Positions 15,577 through 22,512 of a stretch of DNA of 32,000 bases are shown here, one piece after another. The position numbers were made by a program, and so were the translations under genes. The notes beneath the pieces were generated by a model, which saw nothing but the letters and a program-made list of their open reading frames with translations, was not told the DNA's origin and ran no database searches. Location: assembly GCF_900106675.1 (NCBI RefSeq), contig NZ_FNOB01000025.1, positions 14,645-46,644 of the forward strand, in the 5' to 3' direction. The stretch is from Allgaiera indica. GTDB lineage: Bacteria > Pseudomonadota > Alphaproteobacteria > Rhodobacterales > Rhodobacteraceae. Position 1 is the stretch's first letter, and every line of letters starts with the position of its first letter.

Positions 15577-16685
15577 AGCTTTCCGATCTTCCGGGCTATC
15601 TGCGCGACACCGCCTTCCGCCTTCTGCCCCACCGGGCACGCACCGGGCTGTTCCCGATCGGCGATCCCGGCCCCGATGCGCCGGTCCTGGTGACCGGCAA
15701 TTTCACCCTGACGGTGCGCCGGCTGCGCGAGGCGCTTGCCGGCCAGGCCGCCTGGGTGCTTGTGGTGAATTCGAAAGGGTACAACGTGTGGTGCGCGGCG
15801 GGTGGCGGACACCTCACGCATCACGACGTGATCTCGGCGATGCGCGTGACGCATCTGGCCGACAAGGTCCGCCGTCGAGAGGTGATCCTGCCGCAGTTGG
15901 CCGCAACCGGGGTGGAACGCCGCGCGATCTCCGCCGCCACCGGGTTCGCCACCCGCTGGGGCCCGGCCAGGCTGGAGGATCTTCCGGCGTTCCTTGGGCG
16001 CGGATCGCGGGTGTTCAACGCCGAACGCTTCATGCGCTTCCCCGCCTGGGAGCGCCAGGAAATGGCGGCGATATGGTATGTCCCGGCGCTGATCGTCCTG
16101 GCGCCGGCGATCTGGCTGATGCTTGGCCCGGCGGCGGCGCTGGCTGCGGCCTTCGCCCTGGTCTCGATGGTCGCCGCGCTTTTCGCGATGCTGCCCCGGT
16201 TCAACCCGGTCGGGCCCAGGCGGCTGCCGATCCTGCTGGGCTTCGGTCTGGCCGGGGCGCTGGCCGGCTGGGGTTTGCTGGCCGCCATGGGCGACGCCAT
16301 GCCGTGGACGCTGGTCGTGGTCGGCGCGACCAACCTGATCGGCACGGGGCTTTTGTTCATGGATCTCGCGGGCACCACGCCATGGTACCCCAGCGTGATC
16401 AACACCGGCGCGAACCCTGCGACGATCACGCTGGATGAGGCGCGCTGCGACGGATCGGGCGATTGCGTGATGGTCTGCCCGCGACAGGTGCTGAAGATGA
16501 ACGGATCGCGGCGCAAGGTGGAAATCCGCGATCCCGGCCAGTGCATCCAATGTGGTGCCTGCATCGTGCAATGCCCAAGGGATGCCCTTCTGTTCCATTA
16601 TGCCGATGGCAGCACGGTCGAGGCGCCCACCATCCGCAACACCCGTCTGAACATGCTGGGCAAGCGCCGAGAGGTTCGCCGCTAG
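15573..16685 (+). CDS. Fused HgcA-like corrinoid-binding/membrane domain plus HgcB-like 2x[4Fe-4S] ferredoxin domain (HgcAB-like fusion protein); substrate unknown
   Basis: GTG at 15573 overlaps the methyltransferase stop (GTGA). The region PVLVTGNFTLTVRRLREALAGQAAWVLVVNSKGYNVWCAAGGGH resembles the HgcA cap-helix region (N(V/I)WCA(A/G)GK), and ILPQLAATGV and ARLEDLPAFL blocks follow. Four hydrophobic helices span aa ~165-266. The ferredoxin motifs are CDGSGDCVMVCP and CIQCGACIVQCP. Confidence 0.8.
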   Translation: MKLSDLPGYLRDTAFRLLPHRARTGLFPIGDPGPDAPVLVTGNFTLTVRRLREALAGQAAWVLVVNSKGYNVWCAAGGGHLTHHDVISAMRVTHLADKVRRREVILPQLAATGVERRAISAATGFATRWGPARLEDLPAFLGRGSRVFNAERFMRFPAWERQEMAAIWYVPALIVLAPAIWLMLGPAAALAAAFALVSMVAALFAMLPRFNPVGPRRLPILLGFGLAGALAGWGLLAAMGDAMPWTLVVVGATNLIGTGLLFMDLAGTTPWYPSVINTGANPATITLDEARCDGSGDCVMVCPRQVLKMNGSRRKVEIRDPGQCIQCGACIVQCPRDALLFHYADGSTVEAPTIRNTRLNMLGKRREVRR

Positions 16686-16808
16686 GCGCCTGCAGGGCCA
16701 CCGTTCCCCCGGCGCCGCGACGCCCGCCGCCGCCGCGGCCCTATCCGGGGTCGCGGTCCCGACCCCCGCCTGCCGAGCCGCGCCACCGGTCTGACCCGAC
16801 CGCGGCGG

Positions 16809-16838
16809 GCGTCATATTCCCGTCGCGCAGTTTAATTA
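16809..16838 (+). promoter_or_regulatory. Candidate Pho box plus -10 element upstream of plcP
   Basis: GCGTCAT-ATTC-CCGTCGC (16809-16826) compared with the E. coli consensus CTGTCAT-AAAA-CTGTCAC matches 5/7 in each half-site with 11-bp phasing. An AT-rich TTTAATTA (16831-16838) follows. Confidence 0.35.
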
Positions 16839-16873
16839 CCTTGACCCAAAGTCGGCAACATATTGGGTATCGG

Positions 16874-17698
16874 GTGCACTATCGCACAATATTTATCTCC
16901 GACACGCATCTTGGCAGCCGCGGCTGCCAGGCGGACATGCTGTTGGACTTTCTTCGCCAGCATGACGCGGACACGATCTTTCTGGTCGGAGATATCGTCG
17001 ACACCTGGCAATTGCGTCGGGGCTGGTTCTGGCCGCAGACCCATAACGACGTGGTTCAGGAACTGCTTTCCAAGGCCCAGTCCGGCGCGAGAGTGATCTA
17101 TATTCCGGGCAACCACGACGAGGGCCTCCGATCTTATCTTGGGACCCATTTCGGGGGGATCGAGGTCAAGAAGTCGGCCGAGCATGTCGCCGCGGACGGG
17201 CGGCGCCTGCTTGTCACCCATGGCGATCAGTTCGACGCGATCGTCGTTCACGCCAAATGGCTGGCCCATCTCGGGGACCGGGCCTACGACTTCGCATTGT
17301 GGCTCAATATCTGGGTGAACCGCTTTCGCCGGATCTGGGGCGGTTCCTACTGGTCCTTGGCGAACTGGGCCAAGGGACGGGTGAAATCGGCGGTCAACTT
17401 CATCGGGGAATACGAGAAGGTGCTGGCCGGCGAAGCCCGGCGCGGGCGCTTCGACGGGGTCGTGTGCGGACATATCCACCGCGCCAACATCCGCGATATC
17501 GACGGCATCCGATACGTCAATTGCGGGGACTGGACCGAAAGCTGCACCGCGGCCGCCGAGCGCGAGGATGGATCGCTGTTTCTCATCGACTGGGCCGCGG
17601 CCAAGCGGCGCCGCCGGATGATCGAGGATCTTCGCGCGGGACGGCCCCTGCCAGAGGCCCTGCGCGCGCGGCGCAAGAGGAAGAAGGAACTCGCCTGA
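16874..17698 (+). CDS. plcP: PlcP-type metallophosphoesterase (LpxH-like fold), a phosphate-starvation phospholipase C
   Basis: GTG at 16874 gives VHYRTIFISDTHLG. Calcineurin-like motifs are DTH, GDIVD, GNHDE, HGD and GHIH. The call to PlcP rather than LpxH rests on its position directly upstream of btaA/btaB. Confidence 0.7.
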   Translation: MHYRTIFISDTHLGSRGCQADMLLDFLRQHDADTIFLVGDIVDTWQLRRGWFWPQTHNDVVQELLSKAQSGARVIYIPGNHDEGLRSYLGTHFGGIEVKKSAEHVAADGRRLLVTHGDQFDAIVVHAKWLAHLGDRAYDFALWLNIWVNRFRRIWGGSYWSLANWAKGRVKSAVNFIGEYEKVLAGEARRGRFDGVVCGHIHRANIRDIDGIRYVNCGDWTESCTAAAEREDGSLFLIDWAAAKRRRRMIEDLRAGRPLPEALRARRKRKKELA

Positions 17699-17701
17699 GC
17701 C

Positions 17702-18925
17702 ATGACCGGCATTCCCAACGTCAGCGATCAACTCCGCTCTGCCGTTCAGCAAAATGCCGCGTTCAGCGCGACGGGGCTGCTGGAACGTCTGTTCTCGCGG
17801 CTCTTCCATGGCCTCGTCTATCCCCAGATCTGGGAGGATCCGGTGGCCGATCTGGCGGCTTTGCAGATCGGTCCGCAAGACAACATCGTCTGCATCGCCT
17901 CGGGCGGCTGCAACGTGATGTCCTATCTCACGGCCGATCCGGCCTCGATCACCGCCGTCGACCTTTCGCCCGCGCATGTCGCGCTGGGCCGGTTGAAGCT
18001 GGCGGCGGCGCAACATCTCGATGCGCAGGGGTTCTTCGACTTCTTCGGCCGCGCCGACCGCGCCGGCAATGTCGCGGTCTATGACCGCCGGATCGCGCCG
18101 CATCTCGATCCGGTCACGCGCGCCTATTGGGATGCGCGCCCCTATGTCCGCCGCCGCATCGCCATGTTCGGCCGGGGTTTCTACCGCTTCGGCCTGCTTG
18201 GCCGCTTCCTAGGTGCGCTTCGGGCGGTGGCGCGGCTTGCCGGCGTCGATTTCCGCCGCTTCGCGACCTGCGCGACGCTCGACGACCAGCGGCGGTTCTT
18301 CGACGCGCGCATCGCCCCGCTTTTCGACGCGCCGGCAATCCGCTTCCTTGCGCGAAGCCGCGCCGCGCTGTTCGGCCTGGGCATCCCGCCCGCGCAATAC
18401 GACAAGCTGGAGGCCGACGGCGGTGGCGACATTCTTCCCGTGCTGCGGGATAGGGCGCGCAAGCTTCTGTGTGGCTTTCCGCTGTCGGAAAACTACTTCG
18501 CGCGGCAGGCGCTGACCCGGTCTTACGCGGCGGCCGAGGCCGGCTCGGTGCCGCCCTATCTGGACGCGGCCGCATTCCCGGCGCTGCGGCGCAATGCCGG
18601 GCGCGTTCGGGTGCTGAACCGGTCGCTTACCGATCTGCTGGCCGAAATGCCGGCCAGCCAGACCCAGGCTTATGTCCTGCTCGATGCGCAGGACTGGATG
18701 ACCGACGAACAGCTCAACGCGCTCTGGCATCAGATCACCCGCACCGCGGCCCCCGGCGCGCGGCTGATCTTTCGCACCGGGGGCGCGGCGGATATCCTGC
18801 CCGGCCGCGTGTCCACGACGCTGCTTGCGACCTGGCGCCGCGATGACGAGGCATCCGCGAAAGGCTTCGCGGCGGATCGCTCGGCGATCTACGGCGGCTT
18901 CCACTGCTACCGGCAGATCGGCTGA
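17702..18925 (+). CDS. btaA: BtaA, S-adenosylmethionine:diacylglycerol 3-amino-3-carboxypropyl transferase (DUF3419 family)
   Basis: The DUF3419/BtaA signature block is GLVYPQIWEDPVADLAALQIGPQDNIVCIASGGCNVMSYL...AVDLSPAHVALGRLKLAAA. It starts 3 nt after the plcP stop. Confidence 0.8.
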   Translation: MTGIPNVSDQLRSAVQQNAAFSATGLLERLFSRLFHGLVYPQIWEDPVADLAALQIGPQDNIVCIASGGCNVMSYLTADPASITAVDLSPAHVALGRLKLAAAQHLDAQGFFDFFGRADRAGNVAVYDRRIAPHLDPVTRAYWDARPYVRRRIAMFGRGFYRFGLLGRFLGALRAVARLAGVDFRRFATCATLDDQRRFFDARIAPLFDAPAIRFLARSRAALFGLGIPPAQYDKLEADGGGDILPVLRDRARKLLCGFPLSENYFARQALTRSYAAAEAGSVPPYLDAAAFPALRRNAGRVRVLNRSLTDLLAEMPASQTQAYVLLDAQDWMTDEQLNALWHQITRTAAPGARLIFRTGGAADILPGRVSTTLLATWRRDDEASAKGFAADRSAIYGGFHCYRQIG

Positions 18926-18928
18926 GCC

Positions 18929-19582
18929 GTGGAAGAAAGCACGCTTTCCCACGCCGCGCTGATGGATGCGACCTACCGCTATCAGCGGCTGTTCTACGAC
19001 GCGACGCGGCGCTATTACCTGCTTGGCCGAGACCGGCTGATCCGCACACTCGATCCGCCCGCCCGCGCCCATATACTGGAAGTCGCCTGCGGCACGGGCC
19101 GCAATCTTGACCGGATCGCCGCGCGCTATCCCGGGCGCGGGCTTTACGGGCTCGACATCTCGGAACAGATGCTGCGCTCGGCCCGGGCGAAGCTTGCCGG
19201 CCGGGCGGTGCTGGCGCGGGCGGATGCGCGTGACTTCGATCCGGGGGCGCTCTTTGGTCGGTGCCAGTTCGACCGGATCGTGTTTTCCTACAGCCTGTCG
19301 ATGATCCCCGACTGGGAAGAGAGCTTGCGCCACGCGCTGCCGTATCTCGCCCCGGGCGGAGAACTGCACATCGTCGATTTCGGCGGGCAGCGCCGGCTCC
19401 CCGCGTGGTTCGGGGCCGGGCTGCGCGCCTGGCTTGCGCGTTTTCACGTCGCGCCAAGGGATGATCTTGCCGAGGCCGCGGCCCGGATCGCGGCCGAGGC
19501 CGATTGCCGCGCAATTTCGGAAAGCCTCTTTCGCGACTATTGCCAGCATCTTGTCATCCGCCGCCCCGGACCGGCTGACTGA
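18929..19582 (+). CDS. btaB: BtaB, diacylglycerylhomoserine N-methyltransferase
   Basis: GTG at 18929 has the same junction, CTGAGCC(A/G)TG, as plcP/btaA. SAM motif I is ILEVACGTGRNL. The length of about 217 aa and the position after btaA fit BtaB. Confidence 0.75.
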   Translation: MEESTLSHAALMDATYRYQRLFYDATRRYYLLGRDRLIRTLDPPARAHILEVACGTGRNLDRIAARYPGRGLYGLDISEQMLRSARAKLAGRAVLARADARDFDPGALFGRCQFDRIVFSYSLSMIPDWEESLRHALPYLAPGGELHIVDFGGQRRLPAWFGAGLRAWLARFHVAPRDDLAEAAARIAAEADCRAISESLFRDYCQHLVIRRPGPAD

Positions 19583-19694
19583 CCCAGGCCGCAGGCGCGC
19601 GGACATGCCCCTGTCACGCTTTTCGACCGCCGGGGCCCGCATGGTCGCGGGGTCCTGGCGGTGCGCGGAAGTCGCCGGGCCGGGGATCTGATCC

Positions 19695-19739
19695 GTATCA
19701 TCACAATATGGTAACTCATACATCACTGGCGCGTTACAA
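19695..19739 (+). promoter_or_regulatory. AT-rich candidate promoter/PhoB region upstream of phnC
   Basis: Three degenerate 7-mers occur at exact 11-bp phasing: GTATCAT (19695), ATATGGT (19706) and CATACAT (19717). A TACAAG-like -10 follows. The segment is an isolated AT-rich island in GC-rich DNA. Confidence 0.3.
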
Positions 19740-19775
19740 GCGCCGCCTACATCGGACGCCAAGAAGGAGCGTGCG

Positions 19776-20597
19776 ATGCGGTTGGAATTCAGGAACGTCA
19801 GCAAGACCTTCGGCCTCAAGGCGGCTGTGGATGACGTCAGCTTCGCATTGGACGGGGCGGGTTTCGTTGGCGTCATAGGGCGATCCGGCGCGGGCAAGTC
19901 GACGCTTTTGCGCATGATCAATCGCCTCGGCGACGCCACCCGCGGACAGATCCTGGTGGACGGCACCGATATCCTGTCGCTTGGCGGGAAGGCCAAGCGC
20001 GCCTGGCAGGCGAATTGCGCGATGATCTTCCAGCAGTTCAACCTGGTGCCGCGGATGGATGTGGCCTCGAACGTGCTGCACGGGCTTCTGGGGCAGCGCG
20101 CGACCCTTGCGACCATCTTCAATCTTTGGCGGGCAGAGGATATCCGCCGCGCGCTGGCGATCCTGGACCGGCTCGGCATCGCCGAACAGGCCGCCAAGCG
20201 CGCCGAGGCGCTTTCCGGCGGCCAGCAGCAGCGCGTCGCGATCGCCCGGGCGCTGATGCAGGATCCGCGGATCATCCTGGCCGACGAGCCGATCGCGTCG
20301 CTCGATCCGATGAACGCGCAGCTGGTGATGGACGCCCTCAAGCGCATCCAGGTGGAAGATGGCCGCATGGTCATCGCCAATCTGCACACGCTCGACACCG
20401 CGCGGCGCTATTGCGACCGGGTGATCGGGATGCGCGACGGGCGCGTCGTCTTCGACGGCCGGCCGGATCTGCTGACGACCAGCGTCGCGCGCGACATCTA
20501 CGGCGCCGACGCGAACTTCACCGAAGACATGACCTCGACCGCGATCGAAGAGCGCGACGAAGACATCCGATACGCGGCCGTCCTGGTGGGCGGCTGA
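19776..20597 (+). CDS. phnC: Phosphonate ABC transporter ATP-binding protein
   Basis: AAGGAG lies upstream. Motifs are [24 protein letters not shown] and [12 protein letters not shown]. The PhnC-typical QQFNLV block is present. Confidence 0.85.
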   Translation: MRLEFRNVSKTFGLKAAVDDVSFALDGAGFVGVIGRSGAGKSTLLRMINRLGDATRGQILVDGTDILSLGGKAKRAWQANCAMIFQQFNLVPRMDVASNVLHGLLGQRATLATIFNLWRAEDIRRALAILDRLGIAEQAAKRAEALSGGQQQRVAIARALMQDPRIILADEPIASLDPMNAQLVMDALKRIQVEDGRMVIANLHTLDTARRYCDRVIGMRDGRVVFDGRPDLLTTSVARDIYGADANFTEDMTSTAIEERDEDIRYAAVLVGG

Positions 20598-20655
20598 GTA
20601 ACCACCGGCCGAGGCCCAACCTTCGCCCCGGCTTCATCACGATTGGGAGAGAACC

Positions 20656-21567
20656 ATGAAGAACCTGCCCGCGATCCTGGCCGCGTCCACCATGCTTGCC
20701 GGTGCCGCCTCGGCCCAGGAAATCAATCACTTCAACATCGGCATCCTCGGTGGTGAAAATGCGCAGAACCGCATCGCCAACAACCAATGCCTCGTCAAGC
20801 AGATGGAGGCCGCGCTCGGCGTGCCGGTGAAGCTGTTCACCCCGGCCGACTATGACGGCGTGCTGCAGGGGCTGATGGGCGGCACCATCGACTTCGCGAT
20901 CCTCGGCGCCTCGGGCTACGCCAAGATCGCGATCGACGATCCGCAGGCCGTGACGCCCTTTGGCACCACCGCGAACCCCGACGGCTCATACGTCTATTAC
21001 TCGATCGGTTTCGCCCGCAAGGATCACGACATCCATTCGCTCAAGGACATGAAGGGCAAGACCTTCGGCTTCGGCGATCCGAACTCGACCTCGGGCTATC
21101 TGATCCCCTCGATCGAGATCCCCAAGCAGACCGGCCATTCGATGAAGTCGGGCGACTATTTCGGCACCGTCAAGTTCACCGGCGGGCATGAGCAGACCGT
21201 GCTGGCCGTCTATAACGGCGATCTTGACGCCGGCGTGACCTGGGCCGACGGCCAGGGTGCCTGGGAAGACGGCTTCAATAACGGCCAGCTGCGCAAATCG
21301 GTGGACGCGGGCCAGATCGACATGAACCAACTGGTCGAGATCTGGCGCTCGAAGCCGATCCCGAACGGGCCGCTGGTGATCCGCAACGCGCTGCCCGCCG
21401 ACGTCAAGGCGAAGGCCGAGAAGGTTCTGCTCGACCTCAAGAAGACCGACCCGGACTGCCAGTACAACGTGGCGGGCGGCGATTCGGCCGGCTTCGTCAA
21501 GATCGACCCCAGCTATTACGACACTATCATCGAGGTGCGTAAGGCGAAGATGAAGCAGGGGTCGTAA
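20656..21567 (+). CDS. phnD: Phosphonate/phosphite ABC transporter substrate-binding protein
   Basis: The signal peptide is MKNLPAILAASTMLAGAASA. The PhnD-like block is FGFGDPNSTSGYLIP. Confidence 0.85.
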   Translation: MKNLPAILAASTMLAGAASAQEINHFNIGILGGENAQNRIANNQCLVKQMEAALGVPVKLFTPADYDGVLQGLMGGTIDFAILGASGYAKIAIDDPQAVTPFGTTANPDGSYVYYSIGFARKDHDIHSLKDMKGKTFGFGDPNSTSGYLIPSIEIPKQTGHSMKSGDYFGTVKFTGGHEQTVLAVYNGDLDAGVTWADGQGAWEDGFNNGQLRKSVDAGQIDMNQLVEIWRSKPIPNGPLVIRNALPADVKAKAEKVLLDLKKTDPDCQYNVAGGDSAGFVKIDPSYYDTIIEVRKAKMKQGS

Positions 21568-21582
21568 CCTCGACACCCGCGC

Positions 21583-21609
21583 GGGCCGGCGGCGCGAACG
21601 CCCCGGCCC
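21583..21609 (+). other. GC-rich intercistronic stem-loop after phnD
   Basis: GGGCCGG(21583-21589)...CCGGCCC(21603-21609) with a 13-nt loop and no U-tract. Confidence 0.3.
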
Positions 21610-21645
21610 GTGCCTTCCTTCCCGCCACCACCAGGCAAGGCCCCG

Positions 21646-22512
21646 ATGCCCCCCCACGATCCGAATCTGACAGAGATCTATATCGCCCATGCCCGGCGCA
21701 AGCGTCTTTACGGCGGGCTGATCCTGGCGGTCTTCGTGGCGCTGATGGCCGCGGGGTTTCACACGGCGGATGCACGCAACGCCGGCGGCTTCCTTGCCGG
21801 TCTTCACCGCATCTTCGATTTCCCGGCCGAGATCTTCTCCGAGGCGCTTGCCAAATGGCGCGCGCTGCCCGGCCGGATGTGGGGCGCACTGCCCGCGCTG
21901 ATCGAGACGCTCAACGTCGCCGCGGTCTCGATCGTGATCGGCGGTCTGGGCGCGATGCTGCTGGCGGTGCTGTCGACGCCGGGGCTGGCGCCCTGGCCGC
22001 GGCTGGTGCCGCTGTTCCGGCGGCTCATGGACATCCTGCGCGCGCTGCCCGAGATCGTGACCGCGCTGGTGTTGATCTACCTTCTGGGCGGCGGGCCGGT
22101 GGCGGGGATGGTGGCGATCACGCTGCACGGCTTCGGCGCGCTCGGCAAGCTGTTCGCGGAGGTTGCCGAGAACGCCGACCTTCGGCCTGTCGAGGGGCTG
22201 CAATCCACCGGCGCGACCTGGGTTCAGCGGATCTGGTTCGGCGTGATCCCCCAGGTGGCGCCGAACTGGTCCTCTTATGCGCTGCTGCGCTTCGAGATCA
22301 ACATCCGTGCCAGTGCCATCCTGGGCTTCGTCGGCGCGGGCGGCATCGGCTATGATCTGAAGACCGCGCTGCAATGGGGCGCGGGGCGCTACGATTCCGT
22401 CGTCGCGATCTTCGCCTTGCTGTTTCTCACCATTGTCGTGGTCGACACGGTCTCGGACCGGGCCCGCAACCGGCTGGTACGCGGCGGCAAGCTGGCGGAG
22501 GGCCGGATATGA
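21646..22512 (+). CDS. phnE: Phosphonate ABC transporter permease
   Basis: I preferred ATG at 21646 (MPPHDPN...) over GTG at 21610, which abuts the hairpin. The PhnE-type loop is VEGLQSTGATWVQRIWFGVIPQVAPNW. Confidence 0.8.
   Translation: MPPHDPNLTEIYIAHARRKRLYGGLILAVFVALMAAGFHTADARNAGGFLAGLHRIFDFPAEIFSEALAKWRALPGRMWGALPALIETLNVAAVSIVIGGLGAMLLAVLSTPGLAPWPRLVPLFRRLMDILRALPEIVTALVLIYLLGGGPVAGMVAITLHGFGALGKLFAEVAENADLRPVEGLQSTGATWVQRIWFGVIPQVAPNWSSYALLRFEINIRASAILGFVGAGGIGYDLKTALQWGAGRYDSVVAIFALLFLTIVVVDTVSDRARNRLVRGGKLAEGRI

Noticed and set aside
15573-16685. Calling the fusion protein a functional mercury methylase (hgcA/hgcB)
   Set aside because: It lacks the HgcB C-terminal Cys pair and extra Cys. 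The Lys of the cap-helix motif is replaced. It is fused rather than two genes. I recall that fused homologues tested so far did not methylate Hg. I therefore annotated it only as HgcAB-like with unknown substrate.
16463-16873. N-terminal 137 codons of the 411-aa ORF containing plcP
   Set aside because: This part overlaps the ferredoxin domain of the previous gene and the GC/Pro-rich spacer. The metallophosphoesterase similarity starts at VHYRTIFISDTHLG (GTG 16874).
16832-20398. Long - strand ORFs (16832..18103, 18209..20398) antisense to plcP, btaA, btaB and phnC
   Set aside because: The reasoning is the same. The 729-aa ORF even crosses two intergenic regions, and there is no family resemblance.
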